Below the pieces are notes generated by a model. It worked only from the letters and a program-made list of their open reading frames with translations, was not told the DNA's origin and did no database searches. A DNA stretch of 64,000 bases from Azolla caroliniana (Eukaryota > Plantae > Polypodiophyta), in NCBI GenBank assembly GCA_043228905.1, contig JBHGNT010000017.1, forward strand, positions 10,168,001 to 10,232,000, read 5' to 3'. Position numbers and translations under genes: made by a program. Shown here one piece after another: positions 38,413 to 51,615 of the stretch; the first letter of the stretch is position 1; each line of letters begins with the position of its first letter.

Positions 38413-40163
38413 GGAATGTTCCTGATGCAACACAAAGCAAACTCGATGACAGAATTGTGCTCAACCAACACCTCCAGTCCCGAAGATGTTTGGTTTGTCG
38501 ATTTGGGTGCGTCAAATCACATGACCTCCCATGCATATTGGTTTCGAGAACTCTGAAAAGGCGATTGACCCAACAATGTTGAAATCAGGGACGACACAAT
38601 ACACCCCCATTCAGCACGTCGGCAATGTCCCCTTCGGCAAAGAGGGGAATGAGACCTACATCAAAAATGTCTTGCATGTTCCGACAATAACAAAGAATTT
38701 GGTCTCGGTCAACTAGATCGTTGAACAAGGCATGCAAGTTCGGTTCAACAATGGAGGGTGCTTCATCGAAAACGGAGGCTGAATTATCGCTCACGATCGA
38801 AGAGAAGGCCGAATGTTCATCCTTGACTCGCACAAGATGAAATTGGCTATGTATGCCAAGGGCCGGAAACCCGACATAGAGTTATGGTACAAATGAATTG
38901 GCCACATCAATCTCCAAAAAATTAAAGGGATGCATTCGGAAGGAGTCGTCATCGACCTCCCGACTTTTACCGAGAAGGAGATGGCAGGTGTATGCGAAGC
39001 CTGTCAATTTGGCAAACAACATCGACAACCAATCCCGAAAGAGAGGGACATGCGTAAAGGGACTGTAGATGTAGTTCATTCAAATGTATGGGGACTGGCT
39101 CAGACGGAAACATTCGGGGGTTGTCGTTACTATGTGACGTTCATTGACAACTTCTCCAAGCATACATGGATTTACCCTATGTGGCAAAAGAGCAAAGTGT
39201 TCGGACACATCCAATTCAAACATGAAGTCGAAAAGGCAACCGGTCGGCATGTTCGATGCCTTCAATTGGATGGGGGCAAGGAATATATCTCAGACGAATT
39301 TAGAACGTACCTCCAAAAGGAAGGAATTCGCCAAGAATTCTCATGATGACACACACCTCAACAGAAAGGAGTAGCCAAACATAAAAATCGGCATATATTG
39401 GAGGTGACGAAAGCAATTATGAACAAAAAGAACCTGCCAAAATTGTATTGCGCTGAAGCGGCAAGCAAACATGACCATCTATCTAATGAACCGGTGCACG
39501 ATATCCGGAGTGCATGATATCACCCCCTACGAAAACTTCTACGAAAAGAAGCCGAACTTGTCCCACGTCTGGATATTCAGCTGGATCACATTCATACACA
39601 TCCCCGATGGAAAGCAGCAAAAGCACATTGGAGCCGAGTCCGAAGATGGACAAAGGGAAGGCCAAAATGCCCAAGTACGAAGCCTCGGAAAGAGTCGAAT
39701 TGAAACACTCACCCAACAGTGAGTTTAATGGCTTAGATTTGTCGGTCAGACCAAGAGCCAAAAATGTGCACACAAAGACGAATGAACCACTGCATTGTCC
39801 CACCCGAGAAAAGAATGTAGTTAGCCAATTCGACGACAATAACTACATGGCATATCATTATGCCTTTATGATAAAAGTGGCGACAATTCGAGAGCCGGGA
39901 ACGTTTTCCGAAGCCATCAAGGACCCACGATGGGTTGAAGCGATGAATGTGGAGATGCAAACACTCTCCAACAACAAGACCTGGGATCTCGTTCCATCTT
40001 CACCCCATCACTAGGCAATCGGATTCCGGTGGATATTCAAGGTGAAGCACAATGCCGACGACACTGTCAATCGATATAAGGCTCACCTTGTGGCAAAAGG
40101 ATATGCACAGACACACAGGATCGATTAATAAGATACCTTTGCCCCAATGGCAAAGATGACTAC

Positions 40164-41110
40164 TGTGAAGTCAATTTTGGTTCGTAAGAAAAAAGACCAT
40201 GGCAGATACATCAGATGCTAAGGTGTATAAGAATAAAGCGCAGTATGAAAGGTTCAAGAGTTAAAAGACAAATAAGATTGAAGGGATATGAAGTTAGAGG
40301 CGTTTTCCAAAAGTAGAAAAAGCAAGGAAATAGAAAAAAGGAAAAAACGCATACAAAGGCAGAGAAAGCAAGGTAGCGAAAAAAGCTCATAACTTCTTCA
40401 TCTCATGTCTAAATTTCAAAAGAAAAGTTTCGTTAGAAAGCTAACAAAGAGAGCTTTCTTGTACACGATAAATTCAGATGAAAAACCAGAAATTATGATA
40501 TGAAAAACGCACAACACAAACTCGAGGATATGTGAAAAAAAAGAAATTTTAAAGAAAAAGCAAGAATAACGCAACTAAAAACCTATAAGTATGAGGGTAT
40601 TCTTAGCGATTGGGAGAGACGAAGGGGGAATAGAATAGTTACAAGGGAGAGGGAAGAGTAGAATATCTACAAGGGGGGATAGAAGATCTACAAGAAGAAG
40701 TGAGGAAGAAGAAGAAGATTAGAAGAAGTGAGAAGACGATTAGTAGAAGAAAGAGAGAAGACGGAAAGACTATTTTCTTTTCTCTTCCTCTTCTCTTCTA
40801 TATCATTTCTCTCTCTCTCCTCATCATTTTGGCGCTCCAGGGAGGGCCATTTCTTTCCATAACCTAGGGAAGGCATGTTTTGTTTTTAGCCAGTATGGCT
40901 TTTCAATTTGCTTTTGCAGGTGATGGATGGGGTTCAAGATGTGGGAGCATTCTTGGCCGCCTTCGAACATCATGCAATATCAATAGGGAAGATAACGGAC
41001 TTTGAGAAGCTTCCTCTTTTGGTGGCCACTTTTTACGGACAAGCAAGAGATTGGTATGAGTCCTTGCTACCAAACCAACAATTGAATTACCATCTATTGG
41101 TAAAACACTG
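40164..41110 (+). mobile_element. Truncated Tat/Athila-like gypsy: 5' LTR 40164-40826, PBS 40830-40846, start of gag
   Basis: TGTGAAG...CATCA; PBS TGGCGCTCCAGGGAGGG (tRNA-Asn-like); gag motif DVGAFLAAFE...GQARDWYESL. Confidence 0.8.
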
Positions 41111-41925
41111 AGAGTACGCACTGGACTGTTGTCTGTCGACTTAAAAAGCCTCTCTACAGTCTCAAGCAAGCACCAAAAGCATGACACTTGAAGATAACAC
41201 GGTATCTTCACCACTTCATCTTTAAAATTTCTACATCCAATAATTATGTGCTCGTCCGGAACAATTCCAGAGGACAGCTGATCATTATAATTTATGTAGA
41301 CGACTTGGTCATTGGAGGAGAGCACCTCAAGGACATCGAACATACCAAACCACTAACTACTCTTCGACCGATTTGAAATGACTGATATGAAGGAACTCCA
41401 CTACTTTCTAGGAATAGAAGTAATTCGAACCCTTGACAACATCCTGATCTCGCAAAGTCATTACATCCTCAATCTTCTATTCAAAATTGGGATGACAGAG
41501 TGTAAGCTTGTGGCTACCCCTCTCGATTGTAATCAGAAGATAAATTTAGAGTCTGGAACTTCCGAATGCGAGCTGACCAAGTACCGTCAACTGGTTGACA
41601 GTTTAATTTACCTCACTATTACTCAGCTTGACCTTAGTTACCCGGTCAACCTCCTTTGTCAGTTTATGCAGACACCTTGAAACATTCATTTGGATTTTGC
41701 TAAGCGAGTGTTACGCTATGTGAGTGGACGATGGATTTTGGTCTTCTTTACAAATCGAGCACTTCGATTAAACTCGAAGGATATACTGATATCGATTGGG
41801 CCGGTTATAAAGCAGACAGACGATCAACGCCCGAGTTTGTATTCACACTAGGCAGCAGAGCTATTGCGTGGAGCAGTAAGAAGCAGCCGACAATCACATT
41901 GTCGAGCATAGAGGTCGAATACAAG

Positions 41926-42151
41926 TGTTACAGGCATGGCCATATGATATCCAATAGTGAGAATTTACAGTAGTATTCTTTACACTCTCATTTAACCCTC
42001 ACACTTATCCACGTGTATAGAATACTACGGTAAATTCTCACCGCAGGATATCATATGGTCATGCTCGGATAAGTGTGAGGGTTAAATGAGAGTGTAAAGA
42101 ATACTATGGTAAATTCTCACCACAGGATATCATATGGTCATGCCCGTAACA
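41926..42151. mobile_element. 226-bp foldback/MITE-like insertion with 85-bp TIRs
   Basis: TIRs 41926-42010 and 42067-42151; TG..CA ends; TSD ACAAG/ACAGG; interrupts RNase H at EY|RG. Confidence 0.9.
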
Positions 42152-42650
42152 ACAGGGGCACAACCATCGCCGCATGTGAAGCCGTTTGGCTCAAGCGACT
42201 ATTGAAGTATCTGGGCGTTCCCATCCAGTATCCAATTCTCCTATATTGCGACAACATGAGCACCAACCACTTGGCTTGCAACCCAGTCTTCCATGCTCAT
42301 ACCATGCACATTGAGGTGCACTACTACATCATCCGAGAATGTCTTTTGGTTGGAGATATCGACTTGCGGATCATTAGCACGACTTTGTAGACGACTGACA
42401 TCTTCATGAAAGCCTTGGGAATTGACGAGTTGCGGCAGTTCGTGACAAACCTCGTTCTATTGATCATCGACCAGCCGCACTTGAGGGGAGTACGACAGAG
42501 TAGAGCGATACTAGGCAACTGAAGTCGAAGCCAATTTCAGCTGAGTCGATATAATCCGAAAACAAAACAAAAAAACCGAAGTCGACTCGACCACATCGAA
42601 GGCTAAACCAAACCAACTTCTGAGCGTCTGAAGTTGCGTTTGAAGGGGCG

Positions 42651-42926
42651 TGTGGAGAGTCAAACTCAACTTCCCTAGTGTGGGAAATCACCCTAGTGTG
42701 TGAACACCCTACCACCTACTTTAGCAACTAGTGTGTCATAGAATCTTATAGTTCTATGACACATATTCAGTGTTCCACCTCCCTTTAGTTAAGAGGTGGT
42801 TGTAGAAAGAGAATATAAAGAGAAGGTGATTATGTAAGCATCTCCCCACCTTATTTGTAATTGTTGGTCATTCTTGTAATCTTTTCCTTGGTAATATAGT
42901 CTTCACTGGTTTTCGGTATACTTGAG

Positions 42927-42989
<63 letters not shown>

Positions 42990-43130
42990 TCAGACACGCA
43001 TATCTCTTCCATTATACTCACTCTCGGTACTTTATAAGAATCAAATAGTAACTAAAAGAGAGTTAATGTCGTAGTGGTTAGACGCATTGACCTCTAGTTA
43101 GAGGTGCATGGTTCAAAGACAATTTGACAA
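42651..43130 (+). repeat. Probable 3' LTR of copia J (right end uncertain), with a (CT)n(CA)n microsatellite at ~42925-42990
   Basis: TGTGGAGAG follows PPT TTGAAGGGGCG; TATAAA at ~42814. Confidence 0.55.
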
Positions 43131-43682
43131 TACAACATGATTTAAGGGGACTTAGTCTCTTTTAACATTAAATACAAATATGGTGCTTCCCCCCCCCCCC
43201 CCCCCCCCCCTTTTTTCTATAAAGGGAGGATGAGGGGGCTCATTTTGAGTCGGCCATTTTTTATATTTAGAGGTAGACCATTAAGGTTTTGAGGATTTAT
43301 CTTCTTCTCTTTTATTTTTAGGGTTCGGGGATTGCCCATTTTTGGAGGGCACCATTAGGGTTTCTACTGCTACTTCATCTCTTCTTTTTTTCTTCTCTCC
43401 TTTGGGTGCTTTGGGGTTTCTTGGGGTGCTTGATCTCTCTCACACCGTCTCCTCTTTGAGGTCTGTCCGTGGTCTTGTACTGGTGTTGGCATTCAAAGTG
43501 CTCGGGTTGTTTACGATGCCCGTGATACCGAGACTCGTCGGTTCGGTGTTGCGAGTTTTTGTGCTCGCCATTCAGGTGGTCATGGTCATGGTTCGTTGGG
43601 GTCAGCGTTTTCATGGTGTAGCCATGATTGGTGATTGTGGTCTTCGTCGGAAGCACCATCTCCCTCCCTATCTCTTGCCCTA

Positions 43683-46600
43683 TGAAAAAGAATACGTGTG
43701 CGGAAGTGTGTGCAATAGACACTAAAAGTACACAGTTGCTTTTGGAAACTCAACAGTTAGGAAAACAAAGAGAATGGTGTGAGAAAGTGACAAAGAGAAC
43801 ATACAACAACTTCTATTTAAAATAATAAACACTCTGTACATACATTGTGCTGAGTGAGCACTTTTTATACAAGCCCCTCCTCATGAGTGGGCTGACACAA
43901 GTACCGTTAGTACTTGAATGCTCATAAATGAGCCTGACACAAATTCTGCCTAAAATAATCCTATCTACCATAATAGGAATATAGGCACTCAACGGCCTTT
44001 TCGGAATTCTTCCGACTCGGCCCACCTAAGTCTAAATCTCTTCGATTCAGCTCCATGCTCTCGGCCCTCGGCTTTTTCAGCCAATTCGGCCCATGTTGAG
44101 TTTGTCTCTCAACACTCCCCCTCAAGCTCAGCTTGAGGTCCCGTCATGTCAGTTCTAGTCTCTTATCTTGGAGTCCCGATGCCTCGCTCGTGCTCCTCAT
44201 TCAGTTCGGCCTTGTGTCCCACGACCCATTCGGTCCAACGTTGCTTGACCCATCTAGTTCAACACACCTCGACCCTTACGGTCGGCTTGTTTGCTTCCAA
44301 GGCCCTTGTCAGCTCCCTTGTTGTTGATGTGTTGGCACCTCTCGACCCGATGGCTCCTCCGTCTCGTCATCGGCTTCGGTTGCCTCCTTGTCCACTTGGC
44401 TTCTGTGTAATTCGGCTCGTCGGAATCACCTTCCATGATCGAGTTGGCTGGTTCTGATTCATTCCATCTTTTGTCTGAATTGGCTGTCTCCAATTTGTCC
44501 TCCTTCAAGCCCTTGACCACATCTGCCCATGTCTTGGTCTTGGCCTTCGCTCGGTCGGCTCTGTCCTTTTTGACTTTGCCGCCTTTCCTGCCCTTCTCGG
44601 CTTCACTTCCACTTGGTTCTATTGGCCCTGGCTTCAGCTCTCTCTCTTGGCCGCTCCCCCTGCATCTGGCTACTCTCTTCCTAGCCAATCTTTTTCCATC
44701 TGTCGATCTGAACATTCTGGCTTCTTCAATTGTGCCAAAATCGAGTTCTACATCCGATTCAGTTCTTCAGACTTCGTCTTTCTCCTTATCGGCTTTGCTC
44801 CTCCCCCTCAAGTTTGGCATATCGAGGCGTTGCAAACCAAGCCTGCTAGAGAAATGTTGCAACTTGTCTAGGCCAAGAGGTTTGGTGAAGATATCGGCAA
44901 CCTGCCGATCAGTCAGAACATGAAGAAGTTTGACTTCTCCGGAGAGGACTCGCTCGCAGACAAAATGTTAGTGAACCTCGATGAGCTTTGTCTGGGCATG
45001 GGAGACAAGGTTCTTCGCTAACTGGATGTTGCTAAGGTTGTCGCAAAATATGACTGTTGGCTCTGACGCCTTTACATATAGATCCTTTAATAGCCTTTTG
45101 AGCCAAATGGCTTCGCACGTGGCGAAAACTGCTCATCGATACTCAGCCTCAGTGCTCGACAGTGCCACTGTCGGCTGCTTTTTACTGCTCCAGGCGATCG
45201 CGGCGCTTCCCAGTGAAAACATGAGCCCAGATGTTGAGCTTCGATCGCCTTCATTTCCGACCCAATTGGCTGACATATCACAATATCCTTTACGCACACT
45301 GAAGGTGTTCAGTCATTGGCTATGACATCAATTGATTGATCAAGCCAACTGGGTAGCTGAGGTTTGGCCAAGTGATTGTCAAATAAATAAGGTTCTCAAA
45401 AAAAAATTGGAACCATGTTGGGTCGCACACCTATCCCGAATCTCGACGAAGCTTCACATTTTTGTCAAGAGGGGTTGAGATGGACTTACAATCCGCCATC
45501 CTAAACTTGAAGAGCATATTCAACACATAATGGTGTTGGCTGATCAATATGCTCTCATGGCTTGGATCACTTTGATCCCGAGGAAGTAATGAAAGTACCC
45601 TAGATCCTTCATCTTGAATGATGCCGCAAGCTAAGACTTTACTTGGCTGATTTCTCTGAGGTCGGCACTGGCGATGACATATCATCGACAAATAGCAAAA
45701 TGCTAATTGGTCTAGTCCGACTCAACTGAATGAACAGTGAAGAGTCTGATTTTGATGGAGCAAACCCCATCTTACGCAACCTTTGCATGACCTTCGTGTT
45801 CTAGGCATGCGGGGCATGCTTTAGTCCATACGACTTCTTCCATCAGCAAACTGCCGAGGTGTATCTTTCAGATAGAAATCTGGGGGGTTGTACCATGTAC
45901 ACCTGTTCCTTAAGATTGCCTTGCAGGATGCATTCTTTACATCCATTTGATGTAAGTGCCACCCCTTTGCCATTGCTACTGCCAGCAATATACGAACAAT
46001 GGTCATCTTCGCGACTGACACGAAGGTCTCATCATAATCGATGTCGTGTTTCTGCACGTAGCCCTTCACCACTAATAGGGCCTCAGTTGATTGAGCCATC
46101 AGTGTTGTACTTGATCTTGTACACCCATCTGCATCCAATCGGCTTCACACCCTTGGGAGCATCAACCAAGTCCCAAGTCTCGTTCTCGATAAGCGCACGC
46201 ATCTCTTCCTCCATAGTGGGATGCCAATTCGCATCCTTGGCTGTATCTGCGTAGCTGGCTCACGCACATTTGCCACCTTCTCCATATATGCATAATGATG
46301 TGCCATATACTCATTGTACCCGTAGCGAATTACGGTCCATTCTTTTGGCGGGTGGATCGGCGCAACATCTGGTTCGCCGATTTCGTGGCCCTCTCACCCG
46401 ACTTCAACCCCGTTTTCGGAGGTTCCTCCTTGCTTCCTGTCGTGTCGGATTCACTTCAATTCGAAGTTTCAGCCTCGGTGCCATATTCCGACATCTTCAT
46501 CTTCCCTTTATCCTTGTGCGTAAATTGTCTCCTCGATTTCTGGCGCGAGGACTGCACGGCCGAGTCTCCACTACTCGCAGGCTCCTCATCCGACTGGTCC

Positions 46601-49600
46601 GTTCGATTTAGTCGCTCATTTGGACCACATAGCTGAAATGAGATCGGATTGTCTTCTAGAGTTCCGATTTCCTCTTCATCAAGGGGCATCTTTGCCTCAC
46701 TTGCCTCATCCTCAGAATTCGGAATGGAGTGGATGGGAGTAGGAGGTGAGGGCACATACCATGAAGCCAACTTATCAAAAACAAGATCTTGGCTTACTCA
46801 GCCCTCCTTCATGCGGGGGTTATAACACTTATAACCCCTCTGCTCATCCAAGCAGCCAACCAAGATACAATTTTTAGCTTTCATGTCCAGCTTCCTCCGC
46901 TTTTTCCTTTGGGACATGCACATATGCAATGCTACCGAAAACCCTCAAGTGTGCCAAATTTGGCTTCTTCCCAAAGTACACCCCGTGTGGTGACACTCCA
47001 TTTGTGGAAGTCCGATTCTGCATGTATACTCCCATCCTCACGGCTTTGACCCAATAGAATTTTGGCATATGTTTCTCCTCAAGCATTGCCTTGGCCGCTT
47101 CTTCGATCGTCTGATTCTTCCTCTCGGCCATGTCGTTTTGCTATGGCATGTATCTGCAGGGGAATTCGCATTGGATTCCTTCCTTTTGAAGATAGTTAGA
47201 GAACTGGTTGGAAAAGTACTCATTCCCGCCATCGGACTTTAGACACTTGATTTTTCGGCTTGTCTCTCGTTCGGCAAGGCTTTTCATCTTTATGAAGCAA
47301 GAGAAGACTTCACTTTTCTTCTCCATCAAGCACGCCCAAGTGTGCCAAGTGTTGTCATCGATGAAGGTTACAAAGTAACAACTTCCACCGATACTCATGT
47401 TCTGCGTCAGTCCCCATACATCCGAATAGATCAAATCGAGCTTGTTTTGGATCCGATTTTTTTCATTTGGGAACGGAGGTCGGTGATGCTTCCCTAACTG
47501 GCAGGTTTCGCAGACATGGCCATTTCGGCCACTAAATTCCGGCAAGCTAAAACCGATGTTTTTCATCTGCATCTCCCGAAGTCGCGGGAAGTTAACGTGG
47601 CTGAACCGCTTCTGCCACAAGTCGATATCCGATTCGACTTTTTGCCCCTTGGTGAACATAGCGGTGCCTAAGTCATTCATTCCTAGGATAACCATCATGG
47701 ATAAACATCATCCTTTCTCGGCACCCTTGCACGATGATCTTGCCTTCTTCTTCAATGAAGCATCCAAGATGAGTAAATCGAACTTGCATGCCCTCAGTGA
47801 TTCTTGGTGATTGTGCGCACATGCAAGGCATTTCTCATGATTCCCTTCTGGCCGACATGGCTCAGAGGGACATCTCCGATGTGTTCAATGAGGTGAGAGG
47901 TGTTATCGCCAATTTCGATGACCCCCAGTCCCTCCTACTTTTCCAAAGTCGAAAACCACTCCCTGTGATTCGTCATGTAGTTCGACGTGCCCAAATCCAC
48001 ATACCACACCTCGTTCGACCTTGATGTATTCACCGCCATTCAGTTGGATTTGTGCCTCATCACGAAGGTTGGGCCTGTTTTGGCTCGCCCTGAGCCTTCG
48101 GCATAGTGCGATCTCTGGCACTTATCTGCGTCTTCTAGGCTCAATCTGGCCTTGTTCGAATCTACTCGCTTTTTCCATCAATCACTCTCTTTGTGGCCCT
48201 TCTGTCCACAATACCAATAGTCAAGCTCGACCTTTCCTTGCCAACCTCTAGTGCCACCTTGACTCCTCCTACCTATGGAGGGTCCGAAAGTGTTGTCAGC
48301 ATTTCAATTATGCCTCAAGTTTTTCTCCTGTGGGCCACTTCCATTACACTCCGACCCAACTCGTCTACCATGACCAGGGGGCCGATCTGCCTCCATGTAT
48401 AGTGTGAAGTCAATTTTTGCTGTAAGAAAAGATCGTGGCAAATACATCGGATACTAAGCTCTATAAGAATAAAGCACAATGTCAAAGGCTCAAGAGTTAA
48501 GAGAAGAAGAAAATTGAAGGGATATGAAGTTAGCGGCATTTTCCAAAAGTAGAAAAAGCAAGAGAAAAGATAGAAGGAAAAAAACGCATAATAAGGCAGA
48601 GAAAGCAAGGCAAAGAAAAAGCCTCATAACTTTTGCATCTCTTATCCAAATTTCAAAAAAGAAAAGGATTCATAAGAAAGCTAACAAAGAGAGCTTTCTT
48701 TATGATAAATTTAGAAACATAAAATAGAAATAATGATATGAAAAATGCATCACATAAACTCGAGCATATATAAAAGAAAAGAAAAGAAAAAAGCAAGAAT
48801 AACGCAACTAGAAACCTATAAATATGAGGGTATTCTTAGTGAGGGAGGAGGAGTAGAATATCTACAGGGGAGGATAGATTATCTACAAGAAGAAGCAAGA
48901 AAGAACAAGAGGGTTATAAGAAGCTTAGTAGAAGAAAGGGTGAAGAAGGAAATACTTTTTTGTCTAATACTATATTTAAGTAGTTATTTGGTTTTTGTTA
49001 CTGTTGGAGTATAAGAGTATTGTATTCTTTTCTTATTAGTATATTGAAGTTTTCTTTTTTCCTCCTCTTCTCTTCTCTATCATTTTTCTCTATCTCATCA
49101 TCATATAACATCTCCATTTTGCGTACTCGTCGATGCACCCAAGTGGTTTTCTTCTATGAGCAACATTGATTGTAGCTCGAAAAATCAAGGCGTATTCTCC
49201 CTCGTGTAGACCACCATTCGGAATGCTCCAAACTTCAACGTCAACCCTCTGAGGAAAACTTGCACCATTTCTTCCTCCTCGATGTTCACGTTGACGGAGG
49301 CGAGCGAGTTGCAGATCTCCTTTATCTTGGAGGTGTAGTCAGCCACCGACATGTTTCTTTGCCGGACGTTGCTAAGCTCCTGTCTGAGTTGAAGCTTTTT
49401 GGCTATGGTGCTCATGGAGAAAATCCTCTTCTGATTTCGCCAAGCATCCTTCGGCGTCCTAGCATCCCAAATGTAGCTCAAAAGTTGATTGCTCACACAA
49501 AATGCAAAGCAGTTGAGAACTTTGCTTCCCACCTGTTCCCAGGCCAAGAAATCTCTATGTGTCGACTCAGGTCAAGCAATCCTATGCTAGGACGCCGAAG

Positions 49601-50164
49601 GATGCTTGGCCTGTTCACAAGCCAAGCATCCTTCGGCATCCTCGCATCCCGAATGTAGCTCAAAAGTTTCCTAGACCAAGCATCCTTCGGCGTCCTAGCA
49701 TCCCGAATGTAGCTCAAAAGTTGATTGCTCACACAGAATGCAAAGCAGTTGAGAACTCTACTTCCCACTTGTTCCCAGGCCAAGAAATCTCTATGTGTCG
49801 ACTCAGGTGTTGCATCATTATAACTCTAGTAATCGTGCCCGAGTAGGTACTGGTGCATCTTGTACGACCAAGATGCATAGTTGATCCTATCGAACTTTTC
49901 AGTCGGAATTGAGCTTCCCATTCCTTTGTCCATGTTCCTGTATTTTTTTTTCCGAAAACCGAGAAACTTGACTTTGTCTTGTGCATTTGCTTTTTTGTTG
50001 GCTGCAGAACAGTCTCAATCCTCGCGCTCTAATACCATGAAAAAGAATACATGTGCCGAAGCATGTGCAATAGACATTTAGGTAAACACAGAGAATGGTG
50101 TTAGAGAGAGAGCAGACAACAACTTCTATTTCAAATAATAAACACTCTGTACATACGTTGTGCT
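43683..50164 (-). mobile_element. Ty1/copia element H (second group, tentatively Bryco-like), decayed
   Basis: 3' LTR 43683-44114; PPT 44115-44126; RH, RT, IN, PR and gag remnants; PBS TGGTATTAGAGC 50026-50037; partial 5' LTR 50038-50164. Confidence 0.92.
48403..49103 (+). mobile_element. Solo LTR, same family as 40164-40826
   Basis: TGTGAAGTCAATTTT...CATCA; TSD TATAG/TATAA. Confidence 0.88.
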
Positions 50165-51529
50165 CATCTTTACTTGTGTACTCGTTCGTTCACTTATGCG
50201 GTGAGCTTGAAAGCTCGATGAGTCATGGTCAACAAAAGCCATTGACTCTGCAAAGGGGCAACGAGACCTTGCTCAAGAAGTAGTTTTTGTCGACAAGCAA
50301 ACCTCGGGTCTTCTCCATCCCTTTGTACTCCCTAGTCCAAGACCCCCGTGGTCCCACCCAAGTAACACACACAGGGGAAACTTCGTGACACCATCATCTT
50401 CATCTTCCCCTTCTCCTTGCGCATATACCATCTGCTCAGTTTCATTGCTCGCCGGCTCTTCATCCGGATTTCCATTCCGGCTCAGCTCTTCATTCGGCCG
50501 ACTTAGCCGGAATGAAACCGGACTCTCATCCATAATGTCGATTTCTTCTTCTTCAAATACCAGTTTCTCAGACTCATTCGTCTCATTCTCAGTAATTGGC
50601 ACGGAGTTGGGGGTCAGAAATGGACGTCTATTCGTCCAAGATGACGTTGCGGCTCACTCAAACTTGCTTCATCTAGGGGTTGGAGCCCTTGTACCCCTTC
50701 TCTTCATGAGAGTAGTTGACCAAGATAAACTTCTCCGACTTGACATCCAGCTTCTTCTTCTCATCCGACACATGCACATACGCAATGCTACCGAATACCC
50801 TCATGTGCTTTAAATTCGGCTTGCACCCGAAATATAGCTCATGTGTTGATATCTTCACTCCATATGCAGAAATCCAATTCTGGATATACACAGTCGTCTA
50901 ATGGTTTTGGCCCTGTAAAATTTGGGCATGCTTTTCTCTTCTCACATTGGCCGAGCCACTTCCACAAACAACTGGTTCTTCCTTTCAGCAACACCATCCT
51001 GCTCTGGCGTATATTTTCAATTGAATTCACACCGAATTCCATCTGTTGTAGATAACAATTGAATTGGCCAAAAAAGAATTATTTTCCACCATCCGACCGG
51101 AGATACTTGATCTTTCTCTCTATTTCCCTTTCCATTAAGCTTTTCAAGTTTTGGAAATAGTCGCAAACATTACTCTTTCTATGAGATAGATCCAGTTGTG
51201 TCTGCTATAGTCATCGATGAAGGAGACGAAATATCGACTCCCGCCTACAATACACACATTTTGTGACAGTCCCCATACATCCAAATGAGTCAGGTCTAGC
51301 TTGTTATGGCTCCAATTTTGGTTGTTGGGGAAAGGAAGCCAATGTTGCTTCCGTAGCTAATAAGCTTTACAAACATGGGTCTTCCGGCCACCAAGCTTTG
51401 ACAAGCAGAAGACCATCTGTTTAGCTTGCAATTCCTAAAGCCTTTGATAATTGACATGGTTGATCCGCTTATGCCACAAGTCGATTTCCGATTCGACTTT
51501 TTGTCCTTTGGCGAACATTGTAGAGCAGA

Positions 51530-51577
51530 TGTCAGGAATAGTACTAAGATAGAGAGGAAATTAGTATTAAGAGATGA

Positions 51578-51615
<38 letters not shown>

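Larger units (their letters stand above)
38413..42650 (+). pseudogene. copia J pol remnant (PR-IN-RT-RH), second group, tentatively Bryco-like
   Basis: WFVDLGASNHMT, CEACQFGKQHR, YVDDL, WSSKKQPT; PPT-like tracts at 42481 and 42640. Confidence 0.88.

Noticed and set aside
43067-43076. TGTCGTAGTG as the start of another E1-type LTR
   Set aside because: Similarity stops after 10 nt, and it lies in an A-box-like motif.
43342-43725. Hydrophobic ORF as an env-like or host gene
   Set aside because: Non-ATG start, TG-biased sequence, runs into an LTR, no recognisable domain.
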